A DNA stretch of 64,000 bases from Planctomycetota bacterium. Its GTDB lineage: Bacteria; Planctomycetota; Phycisphaerae; Sedimentisphaerales; Anaerobacaceae. A program made the position numbers and the translations under genes. The stretch covers positions 5,110-69,109 of the forward strand of contig DUZJ01000001.1 of assembly GCA_013349615.1 (NCBI GenBank). The letters are read 5' to 3'. The notes beneath the pieces were generated by a model. The model saw only the letters and a list, made by a program, of their open reading frames with translations. It was not told the origin of the DNA and made no database searches. This document shows, piece by piece, positions 36,297 to 45,600 of this stretch. The stretch's first letter is position 1; every line of letters begins with the position of its first letter.

Positions 36297-37370
36297 TTAC
36301 TCCCATCCGTACTCGTTATGGTCCATTGTATCTTTCCACAATTCCAGATTTTCCAGGTAGACGCTGGTGCCTCTCGCTACGCAGCTTAGTGGGTCCTCGA
36401 CCCTTCGTACATTGAGTCCGGTAGCATTTGCGAGTACGGTATCCATTCCCCGCAGCAGCGACCCACCGCCGCAAATATGTACTCCGTTCTCAATCAAATC
36501 GGCGGCGAGCTCCGGCTCGGCCTTCTCAAGCGTGGCCGTAACGGTATCTATAATTGTAGCGATGGGGTCCCGCAGGGACTCACGGATTTCCTCACTTGTT
36601 ATAACGATTTTTCTTGGCAGTCCGGAGATTGTGTCTCTTCCGGCGACCTCCATCGTCAGCTCCTCCTCGAGTGGGGCGGCAGAGCCGATTTGTATCTTGA
36701 CTTTTTCAGCGCTCATCTCACCGATAAGCAGGTTGTATGTTTTTTTGAGATGGCTGATGACGGCTTCATCCATATCATCTCCGCCGATGCGGATAGATTC
36801 AGATGTTGCGATATCAGCGAGACTCATTATGGCCACTTCGCTGGTCCCACCGCCAATATCGACAATCATCGAGGCGGTTGGGTCTGTGATTGGCAGCTCG
36901 GCCCCGATGCCGGCGGCCATCGGCTCATCGACGAGATAGACCTTTCGAGCGCCTGCGCGTTCTGCGCTATCTATAACGGCCCTTCTTTCAACGGCGGTTA
37001 TCCCGCTCGGTACGGCGATAACGACCCGTGGCCTTACCAGGCCTCCTCTTCCGTGTACTTTTCTGATAAAATAGCCGAGCATTGCCTCGGTGATTTCAAA
37101 GTCGCTGATTACGCCGTCTTTGAGTGGTCTTATAGCGCTAATGGAGCCCGGCGTTTTGCCGAGCATTTCTCTTGCGACGAGACCGACCGCTTCGCCATTG
37201 TTGAGGACAATGTTTGTTCCCTTGCGAACGGCGACTACGGATGGTTCATTGAGGACAATGCCCTTGTCGCGGACACAAACCAAGGTGGTACAGGTACCCA
37301 GGTCGATACCCATATCCATACTGAACCAGCCTAAGATTGTGTCCAGCAGCACCTTAGATTCCCTTCTCAA
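36297..37370 (-). CDS. mreB: Rod shape-determining actin homologue MreB
   Basis: MGIDLGTCTTLV, VVAV, AVPSGIT.VERRAV, DIGGGTSEVA, GGGSLLRG. The start is uncertain (TTG 37370, GTG 37352 or ATG 37319). Confidence 0.9.
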   Translation of the reverse strand: MRRESKVLLDTILGWFSMDMGIDLGTCTTLVCVRDKGIVLNEPSVVAVRKGTNIVLNNGEAVGLVAREMLGKTPGSISAIRPLKDGVISDFEITEAMLGYFIRKVHGRGGLVRPRVVIAVPSGITAVERRAVIDSAERAGARKVYLVDEPMAAGIGAELPITDPTASMIVDIGGGTSEVAIMSLADIATSESIRIGGDDMDEAVISHLKKTYNLLIGEMSAEKVKIQIGSAAPLEEELTMEVAGRDTISGLPRKIVITSEEIRESLRDPIATIIDTVTATLEKAEPELAADLIENGVHICGGGSLLRGMDTVLANATGLNVRRVEDPLSCVARGTSVYLENLELWKDTMDHNEYGWE

Positions 37371-37534
37371 ATTTCAATTGCCTTTTTTTTATAGGAAAAC
37401 AGCGGAGTTGTCAACCCCATTAAAAAAAATTTTCTTTTTTGTAGCTCTGGGCCGACAGCAGCCGCACTTCTAACGGGATATACCGTATTTTTCTACGTTA
37501 TCCGCAATTTCTAATGGGGTCAATAGTAAATTTG

Positions 37535-37693
37535 CTACGGAATTTTGAAAATTGATTCGTACTGCAAATAGCATTTGAAGGCGACAAAGGCTGCTGTAGC
37601 GAGCACTACGCAGAATGCTAAGCCAAGAATAACGGTGTAGAGATTGTCTGATGCTACCGGTTTTCCACCGCGGTTTGGTCTATTAGGACTCAT
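37535..37693 (-). CDS. Small single-pass membrane protein (52 aa), below the ORF-track length cut-off
   Basis: My own translation: MSPNRPNRGGKPVASDNLYTVILGLAFCVVLATAAFVAFKCYLQYESIFKIP*. Same strand as, and between, the coiled-coil gene and mreB. Confidence 0.35.
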   Translation of the reverse strand: MSPNRPNRGGKPVASDNLYTVILGLAFCVVLATAAFVAFKCYLQYESIFKIP

Positions 37694-37771
37694 ATTGCAA
37701 CCTCATATATAAAGGGGCCCAATTTGTTTGTTGGTTGTTTGTGTTCTCCAGACCGGGATTATCAGGGTCGT

Positions 37772-38644
37772 CTATAAATTAGTGGAAACAGTATCGCCGG
37801 CTTTGGGTTGTTCCTGGACAAGCTCCATTGCACCGATGGCCTTTTCTGCATCGGTGTCTATGATGAGAATATCGCAAATAAAGTTATCTCCACGAGTAAC
37901 GTGGAATTTCATCCCTTCCCTGACTCCGTCCGCTATGCCGATGGATATACTGACCATCTTATTTTTCAAATCCACATCCGTTACCAGTCCCTTCAAGCCA
38001 ATATCCCTGGTGGTAACCGGGGCCGGTCGAGCTATGTCCTTTTCCGAAGTGACGGTCACGGGGACGGTAGGAATTTTACCGGTCGGCTGTAAAAGCTTGT
38101 CCAGTCGGCCCTGTAAAACAACCTTTTCCTCGAGGAGCTGTTTCTTTTCAGTTTCCAGGGTCTGTATTATAGCCAGTTTCTCAAGAAGAAGCCTTGCCGT
38201 TTCCTTGTGCTGGCTCTGTTCCTTTATCAGGTCGGCTTCGACACTCTTCCAGGTCTTGATAGTATCCTCTAATAACGTCCTGTTGTCGGCGTTGGTTTTT
38301 GTGAATGTCTCGACGTCGGCGGCAAACCTGTCTACCCGCTGAAGCAGGGCGGCCTTTTCTCTTTCGGAGCCCTGGAGCTGTCCTTTTAATTCGTCGAGCT
38401 CTATTTTTAGTGATGTAATCTGGTTGCCCAAATTGTCTTCGAGGTCATTCTTTTCCGCCTCTTTTGCGTTTAATCGCTTTGTCAGGTCGTTAACGCTTTC
38501 CTGCAAACTGTCTTTTGCGGCCCGCTGGGAATTGTACAATTGCCTGTAGTTGTCGGCGTTTGCGACGTAGGTAACGACAATACCGCAGAGGAAAATTGAC
38601 GATATCGTCAGCAAGACTATTAAAATTTTTGTAAGTGTACTCAA
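37772..38644 (-). CDS. Membrane-anchored coiled-coil protein with a small C-terminal beta-domain
   Basis: 290 aa. N-terminal TM, about 180 aa of heptad-rich sequence, then C-terminal GLVTDVDLKNKMVSISIGIADGVREGMKFHVTRG. Confidence 0.6.
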   Translation of the reverse strand: MSTLTKILIVLLTISSIFLCGIVVTYVANADNYRQLYNSQRAAKDSLQESVNDLTKRLNAKEAEKNDLEDNLGNQITSLKIELDELKGQLQGSEREKAALLQRVDRFAADVETFTKTNADNRTLLEDTIKTWKSVEADLIKEQSQHKETARLLLEKLAIIQTLETEKKQLLEEKVVLQGRLDKLLQPTGKIPTVPVTVTSEKDIARPAPVTTRDIGLKGLVTDVDLKNKMVSISIGIADGVREGMKFHVTRGDNFICDILIIDTDAEKAIGAMELVQEQPKAGDTVSTNL

Positions 38645-38859
38645 AACAAGCCCCTTTCACCCATTCCTGCATTCTTTCTGGTTTTTTTCTATATGTCCGA
38701 TATATCAGGATATCGTATGTTCCACATTAATACTTTACACTTAAAAGGCCGAAAGGTCAAGTTATTTTTGAGCTAAAATCCTGTAATAAGTCCGAAAATG
38801 GCAATTTCCGCACACAGGGCAAGTAAAATGGACAATGAAAAATGGGATGATTTTATGTA

Positions 38860-39402
38860 TCATTTTTTCATTGTGCATTGAAAAACGGCCATTGCAGCAG
38901 CAATACGTACGAATTTTGACTCATCTGTGAGGAAGCGGGGCAGGAAACCCGTGAGAGAAGGAGTCCCAATTCGACCTATTGCCAGTACGGTGCGTACATT
39001 AAGTCGTTCGAGGGCCTCTTTATCCAGTCCTGCGGCGAGATTTCTCGTAAAAACATCGAGCACTATGGGCACTCCCCTGTTGTCTTTGAGGATGCCGAGC
39101 TGTTCAGCAGCGGCGAGTCGCACCTCTACAATATCATCATCCAGCATAGTAATGAGTGCGTCTCCGGCCTTCAAAGTTCCCAGCGCCCCCATCGCCTTTA
39201 TACCCATGACCCTGTCGTCAGCGTAAGCGCTTATGAGCATTGTCCACAACTTTGGATATATCCGTTCGTCGCCGAGCATTGCCATTGCTTCGGCGGTCTG
39301 GAACCTGACCATGTCACCCGAATCCGGTCGCTGCAGTGTCCACAATAATGTTTTCAGCGTCAGGGGGCTATTATCGCCTGTTGCCGAGGAGCAAAGCGGC
39401 AT
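38860..39402 (-). CDS. HEAT (PBS-type) repeat protein, probably the 3' part of a frameshifted gene
   Basis: Repeats of the form VR..AA.ALG..GD..A...L. The ORF's own ATG lies inside the upstream HEAT ORF. Confidence 0.5.
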   Translation of the reverse strand: MPLCSSATGDNSPLTLKTLLWTLQRPDSGDMVRFQTAEAMAMLGDERIYPKLWTMLISAYADDRVMGIKAMGALGTLKAGDALITMLDDDIVEVRLAAAEQLGILKDNRGVPIVLDVFTRNLAAGLDKEALERLNVRTVLAIGRIGTPSLTGFLPRFLTDESKFVRIAAAMAVFQCTMKK

Positions 39403-39904
39403 TGGCCCTGACGGTCTGGTCGCCGGCGGCTATCGTCCTTCGGAGCAGTACAATGTTATCAGGCGAGCCGAGCTTGTATAAGGCATAGAGGGCCGCGAGC
39501 CTGACATTTTCGTTTTCATCCTTGAGCAGTTCCGTTACCGACTTTTTCCCAAGTGAGTATTCCAAATCTCCCACGGCCAGTGCGGCGGCAAATCTGACCG
39601 GCACAAATTCATCCTTCAGCAGTCGTTGTACTTTAGGTATCAGTCTGATTCGCCTGGTGGCTGCGACAACTTCGATAGCGTTGGCCCTTACTAATGGGTC
39701 ATCGTCGGCTAAAGCTTCCCTGGCAATTCGGGTGGCTTCCGGGACGAGGGTGTCAATAGAGACAGGCGCGGGCCACTGCTTTTTTATCCGCAGTTGTTTC
39801 CTGCACGCGACAGGAAACAGTGTGGAACTGATGATTGCGAAAGTGAGGAGTTTGGCCACGTACTTTGCTTTTTGTCTTTTAACGTTTTTTCCAGATTTTT
39901 TCAT
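39371..39904 (-). CDS. HEAT-repeat lipoprotein, probably the 5' part of a frameshifted gene
   Basis: Start at MKKSGKNVKRQK..; signal peptide with lipobox (LFPVAC); HEAT/PBS repeats. Ends ..RANAALLLGNRR* in the middle of a repeat. Confidence 0.55.
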   Translation of the reverse strand: MKKSGKNVKRQKAKYVAKLLTFAIISSTLFPVACRKQLRIKKQWPAPVSIDTLVPEATRIAREALADDDPLVRANAIEVVAATRRIRLIPKVQRLLKDEFVPVRFAAALAVGDLEYSLGKKSVTELLKDENENVRLAALYALYKLGSPDNIVLLRRTIAAGDQTVRANAALLLGNRR

Positions 39905-41651
39905 TTTTGCGCCGCTGTACAGAAGTACCATATTTTTTATTTTGGATAATTCTAAGCCAGGCCGTTATTATTATGAGCAACACAAGGCATAGAGCACAAC
40001 AAAAATCCAGCCATTGTCCGTATTTACTAAAAAATGTAGTTCTTTTATCTATCGGCAATTTATCGACGAACCATCCAGACATACCCTTCCTGTCCATAGC
40101 GTTTTGCGGCAAGTTGCCGGCCAAATAGCCATTTTTTAGTTGTCCAAGCGTGTCGATTATGCAGCTTATGCCGGTATTAACGCTTCGCACGACGGCAAGT
40201 CTGTTTTCGACGGCCCTGAAGACGCAAATAGCCGCATGCTGAGGCAGCTCCGTGCCCGGGAAAACCTTGTCGCCTTTGAATCTGACAAACCATCCATCGT
40301 TACTTATGTTAATGAGGAAGTTAATCTGCTTTTGACCCTGGCGGTCGAGGACAAATCTTCGGACAATCTCCGGGAGGGTGGCCTCATAACAAATTATTAC
40401 ACTGAATTTATAAGCAGGGGCCTGGCTATCTGATGTGGAATTTTTACCCGGTCCGGCCATCTCAAAGACGGTGTATTCGGTGCCTGCATCAAGTGAATGG
40501 TCGTAGCCGTAGGGATTAAATTTCATTAAGAGGTTAAAAAGCGGAGGAAAACTCTTTCTAAATGGCAGCACTTCGCCGAAGAGGACCAGATGGATTTTGC
40601 TGTACTGTTTTGGGTCCTTTTTTCCATCAGGCCTGTAAAGAAACGCAGAGTTGTACCTCTCTGTCAAGACAGGCTCTCCGTGTTTAAGTCCAAGCGTGCC
40701 CCCGTAGGCGCCGATAAGCAGATATGCGTTATTTGTGGCGTGTTGGGAGAGAGCTTTGTCAAAGAGGATGGGCTGGCTTAACGGTTCGAGATATGCCAGG
40801 ACACCCTCATTCAACGTCGCCTGCACCATTGTCTCCGGCCAGATGATTAGCTCGGCGCCTTCGGATAAACCTGCTTTGCTTTTTTGCATCAGCTCATCGA
40901 ATAGCTCCTGAGAAGTCTGCTCAGCAACTTCGGTCTCTCCGCGCAGTGCCTCGGTCTTAATCCGCTGCGGGACGTTTGACTGCAGTGAGGCAACGAGCGG
41001 GCCCTGGGTAACGAACCTGTCCGACTCATTGATTCTCCATCGCCCGTAAAAGACCGCGGCAAGCAGTGCAGCGCAGACTACGGCGGTTTTCAAAAAATTC
41101 TTTACCTTGAAGAGGTTTTTTTGCTGAGCGGCGATGAACAATTCAGCCAGCAGGCCGTTGACCATTGCTACCAGGAACGAGACTCCGGCGGCTCCGAATA
41201 TGTCGGCTATCTGGATGATGGTGATGTTGGCATACTGGCTGTGCGAAAGGTGTCGCCAGAAGAAGCCGCCGAGGAAGAGGCCCTGCAGACGTTCAGCGCC
41301 GACGAAGAGTACGGCGGCGGCGAGAAATAACGGTATCTTTTTTATTCTGCAGTAACGCAGACAAAGGGCCAGAATCGGCCAGAGCAGGGCGGTATATAAA
41401 CAGAGCGCGGCCCAGCCCAACAACGTTATCGGAGCTATCCAGTATATATTTGCCAGCCAGTAGCCCAGTGAGGTCAGGTAGGCGACAAGAAATAAGTGTT
41501 TGGGTTTTGCGGTGGGTGAGGACGCAAGAATAAAAGGTACCAGCGATATCCACGCCAGTGCCGATATGCTAATCGGCGACTGAATCACCGTCAGCATCAG
41601 TGCACTGGCGATGAAGGGTAAGCAAAGCAGGAAAATATTCTTTACCTTCAA
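39879..41651 (-). CDS. lnt: Apolipoprotein N-acyltransferase
   Basis: 590 aa. About 7 N-terminal TM helices, a CN-hydrolase domain (WPE, ..K..LVLFGE, ICYE catalytic Cys), and a terminal TM. Its TTG start overlaps the methyltransferase stop (TTGA). Confidence 0.85.
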   Translation of the reverse strand: MKVKNIFLLCLPFIASALMLTVIQSPISISALAWISLVPFILASSPTAKPKHLFLVAYLTSLGYWLANIYWIAPITLLGWAALCLYTALLWPILALCLRYCRIKKIPLFLAAAVLFVGAERLQGLFLGGFFWRHLSHSQYANITIIQIADIFGAAGVSFLVAMVNGLLAELFIAAQQKNLFKVKNFLKTAVVCAALLAAVFYGRWRINESDRFVTQGPLVASLQSNVPQRIKTEALRGETEVAEQTSQELFDELMQKSKAGLSEGAELIIWPETMVQATLNEGVLAYLEPLSQPILFDKALSQHATNNAYLLIGAYGGTLGLKHGEPVLTERYNSAFLYRPDGKKDPKQYSKIHLVLFGEVLPFRKSFPPLFNLLMKFNPYGYDHSLDAGTEYTVFEMAGPGKNSTSDSQAPAYKFSVIICYEATLPEIVRRFVLDRQGQKQINFLINISNDGWFVRFKGDKVFPGTELPQHAAICVFRAVENRLAVVRSVNTGISCIIDTLGQLKNGYLAGNLPQNAMDRKGMSGWFVDKLPIDKRTTFFSKYGQWLDFCCALCLVLLIIITAWLRIIQNKKYGTSVQRRKNEKIWKKR

Positions 41652-42667
41652 CTGGATTTTGCCTTACTGGTACGAACTTTCTTTTGGTGAAGTGGTCCTA
41701 ATTTGCCACTTTTCCGGAGTCTTATCAAACGTTTCATAATTTCGTTAGGGGTGAAGTGGTTCTCCTCATTCGCCATAATTGAATTAAATTTAGCAGTGAA
41801 CAGGGCCAGCTTATGTTCTTCTACGCTCAGTTGTCCCGTTGGGACATTGTTCTCATGGTATAGCCATTTAAGCTCTCTGTCCATGTAATCAGTCCATTCT
41901 CTTGGACCTTCACCCTCTACCGGAAGGTTCTTACAATTTTGTATTCTTTTGCGTGATTCTCTGGTGTACTCACCGGAAAGCTCGATTCCTGTATATTTCT
42001 TTTTTAATTTCGCGGCCACAACTGCGGTAGTTCCCGATCCGCTGAAAGGGTCGAGGACCCAATCGCCTTCATCAGAGCTAACTCGAATTATACGTGCTAA
42101 TAAGCTTTCCGGCATATGACAGGGGTGCCAGTTTCTACGGTGTCTAAATGTTCCACAAATCCGGGGGAAGTGGCTCCAGACATCGTCCGGCATCTTGCCT
42201 GCTGGGTTAGCGCGCCTATCGTTATAAATTAGCTGCCTGTCGGAAGGAGTGCGGACGGCGTGGTCGTTAAAGGTAAATTTGTCTTTGTCATTTACGAAGT
42301 AAAATATGTGTGTGTGTGAGCGAGCGAATTTCTTTTTTGTGCGTTGACCGAATGTATAGTGCCATATTATCCAGTTTCGCATAAACAGGCCTAATTCGTC
42401 AGCTATGATTTTTACGTTCGCGGAATACTCATCGCCTATTGCTATGTAAAATGAGCCGTGTGGCTTTAAGACTTTCTTGCAGACTGTCATCCAGTCTTTC
42501 GTCCAGGCGATGTAGTTTTTCTTTTTGACCTTATCGTGGTATTTGTCGTATTTGTAGCCGATGTTAAATGGCGGGTCGGCAAAAATCAAATCCGCAAAGG
42601 GCTCCTTCGTCTTACGCAAGAGGGCTACGCAATTACCACAAGTTATCCTGTTCAATAGTTTTTCCAT
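41648..42667 (-). CDS. Orphan beta-class DNA methyltransferase (N6-adenine / N4-cytosine type) with a ~90-aa C-terminal extension
   Basis: Motif IV IFADPPFN precedes motif I VLDPFSGSGTTAVVA (beta-class order, PF01555-type). ATG at 42667 is preferred over the TTG at 42712. No nuclease ORF adjacent. Confidence 0.85.
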   Translation of the reverse strand: MEKLLNRITCGNCVALLRKTKEPFADLIFADPPFNIGYKYDKYHDKVKKKNYIAWTKDWMTVCKKVLKPHGSFYIAIGDEYSANVKIIADELGLFMRNWIIWHYTFGQRTKKKFARSHTHIFYFVNDKDKFTFNDHAVRTPSDRQLIYNDRRANPAGKMPDDVWSHFPRICGTFRHRRNWHPCHMPESLLARIIRVSSDEGDWVLDPFSGSGTTAVVAAKLKKKYTGIELSGEYTRESRKRIQNCKNLPVEGEGPREWTDYMDRELKWLYHENNVPTGQLSVEEHKLALFTAKFNSIMANEENHFTPNEIMKRLIRLRKSGKLGPLHQKKVRTSKAKSS

Positions 42668-42698
42668 GACTCTGATGCTCTCATGGCCGGGGCTGGCC

Positions 42699-45600
42699 TC
42701 ACCGTCGCCCAAGTGCTCTTGCTAACCTTAGTTTCTCAACGAGTCCCGCCGTCTCTCCCAGCGGAATCGCCCAGACTTGTATGCACCCTTTCGAGTACTT
42801 GTCGGGATTGTATTCTTGCGGCATTGCGAAGACCATGGATGTTTCGTGGGTAGCTGCGAACAGATTTGCGCCCAGAGTCTGCGCTTTACTTCCATGAGGC
42901 ATAATCACGATCCTGTAGTCAAAACGGTATTCAGCATATATCCCGCCAAGCGCCAAGAGTGTTTTTCTATAATCAAATGTAGTCAACAGGGACCACTTAT
43001 CTTCTGGACAGATAAGAGGGGCTGCGTAAGATTTCTCCATTTCTATGCGATAAAGGTTCTTTTCCAAATCATGTGGTTCGCCGAAGAACCATATTCTTTC
43101 CGCAGGATTCAAGTCGGCCAAAACCCCGTCCGTGCGTTCTTTGTTGAATGTAGGAAATAAAACAAGGAGAACAGGCTGCTCACCTGTGTCGTCTGCTTGC
43201 AACATAGGTGGCTTTGCTACGTATCTGATCCCCTCAAAGGGACCGCGCACCCTCATCATGTAGGCCTTGTGCTCCGTAACTTCCCATTCTTCGGGTGTTG
43301 GGAAGTATTGCTCCGCTTCGGAATACAGAATAGTCAATTCGCATGGGTGTCTCAGTAGGGCCGATAAGGTTTTGGACAGAATTAATGAGGGACAGCTCGT
43401 ACAGTCAAAGAGGATTCGGGGGCATTTCTTCTGTGTCACTGTGCCTAGCAGAGCGCCCATACGCATCGGAAAACCGTGGTCGGGATTGTCTACTGGAGAA
43501 TTAAAAGGGCGGTGCGCCTTGCCAGATGTAAGCTGCCCTATTAGTATCTCATAAGTAGCCCGTCTCTTCTCGTTCGCTTCATAATATCGGTCAAACTCCA
43601 AGAGGACAGCATTCAAGACTTTGACCCCCCTTTCCACTAACGCAGCAGCCCCTTTGGTGGTTCGTTCCTCAAACCCGAGTGCTCCAATGAACAGATCGAA
43701 CTCCGCGTTCTTCTGTATTGCATCAGCTACCGGAGTTAATGGAGTTAGTGAATTCACTGCGACCGTCCAATTGGTCGGTGCTTTTGCCGTGAAATCAACT
43801 CTGTCCTTTTCGGTTGGGATATGCTGAGGAGGAGATTCCTCCTTGATGCTTTTTTGCAACGCTTTGTCTTCGTCCCAGAGTTTAGCTTGGTCAGACTGCT
43901 TGAGTACTCTTCTAAAGTGATCTTTGCAGAACTCCTGTGGTTTGTCCATAAAGTACTCAAACTGTTCTTTTGACAATTGAAGGTGCTCGCTACTCGTGAG
44001 CGTAGTCCTAAGCGCGGGACAGTAGATCCGCCTCAGAGTGGCGCGATCGGCGACAACACTCCTTTGGGATGTAGCCAAGCCGACATCGACAAATATGGAA
44101 GCTTGCTGAAGACGCTGCCACACGTTTTGAGCTGCTTGTGAAGCTCTTGTAATGGCATCAACATAGACGGTCAACAAGTCATACGGCTCACGTCGAGTCC
44201 GACCTTTGCTGGTCGTGCCCTGCCGGACGGGTTTACGCTCGTAGAGGAGATTCTTCGAAAGGTTCCCAAAGCTCTCGACAATATCAAACAGATTCGGCCC
44301 GTCAGGACGGATGTGGAGAATGCGGGAAAGGTATTCTCTGGACACTCTATATATTGCCCTATCCTGCACGGAAGGCGCTATCTTTTTGCTTTTGGCGCCG
44401 GGTCTTTTCCCCGCCTCACGAAATATCTCTCCTACCATTCGAATCATTTCGCTATAGTCTCCGGTGCAGAGGTCCATCAAGCACTCGATCCCATAGTAGT
44501 GAACCTTGGAGCGCGTATTCTCATCATGTAACGCACGACTTAAGGTCCGACCACCCGGATACATGGTCTTGCCCAACCATTCCTCGATTGTGCCTTCGTA
44601 TCCCTCACAATGCTTGAACCTCTCGTTCAGAATCCTCAGGAGCAGCTTTCCTTCCTTTCGTCGCTTGTTCAACTTCAAGTACGCGGAACCAAGGTTTATC
44701 ACTTCGATATTTCGTCCTTCATCGAGGGCAAGCGGACGCGGAAAATGGTATATTGATCCAAACATATGAGCTGAAATTTTGAAGCATATATCTGATGAGC
44801 GTTGACATACGACGGGATGGAGTGCTTCTTGTAGTGCCATTGGAACGCGCCCTTCGGTGTAGTCATCCAAAGAGAAAATAAAATATCTTTGTGAAAGAGC
44901 GGGAATTTCCTTTTTCAAAGTACCAACTAATTGCGTTACAAAATCGGTTGAGCCACGAGCCTCAATGCACTCGCCATAAGCAATGGACTTGCGTATGTAA
45001 CGCATAGAACTTCCCGCATGGCTTATTAGCTCGTCTAAGTCTACGATTGACGGAGGAAATCTCAGCTTCTCCCAAGACGGGCCGAGTTCCTCTTTTAGAA
45101 GTTCTCCAAGTTTCGTAATTACGCTCTTACTAACAGGTCCAAGGGTGACAGGGAGAATTGATAGGGTCGAAGCTACTTCAGCTAGTATGGCCATGTTGAA
45201 GTACAATATGAGAGATTGTTTATTCTTGTTGATGTCAACATCCGACAGGTCAGAAAACCTCATGAAGAAAAGGGATTCGCAGGGAAGGTAAAAACAAACG
45301 TATGGATCATCCTTAATCTCCCTTTTTTTGCCTGCCACAATTTTTGTCTTGAGACGCAATCGTCGAAAAATCATCGTTTTTCCACAGCCGCGAGGACCGA
45401 TTAGCAACACATTTCCGATTTTCTCAAGTTTTGAGGTCCAAGGCATTTTGGTAAGGCAAAGATCAGCAAGCAAAGCATCGTTAGTTATATTCTCCGTGTT
45501 CAATGGTTCAAATGGGTCTTTGAGTTGCCTGGGCGCTTCTTTAGTCGCCGCCAGCGCTCCCTTAATTCTTGTCAGAACATCAGACGGTTTGGAAATACCC

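Noticed and set aside
42668-42712. The longer methyltransferase ORF starting at TTG 42712, which would overlap the upstream gene by 14 nt.
   Set aside because: The extra 15 residues (MGDGEASPGHESIRV) are not part of the MTase fold. An in-frame ATG at 42667 (MEKLLNRITCGNC..) gives a conventional N-terminus. Either start keeps the two genes in one operon, so the functional conclusion is unchanged.
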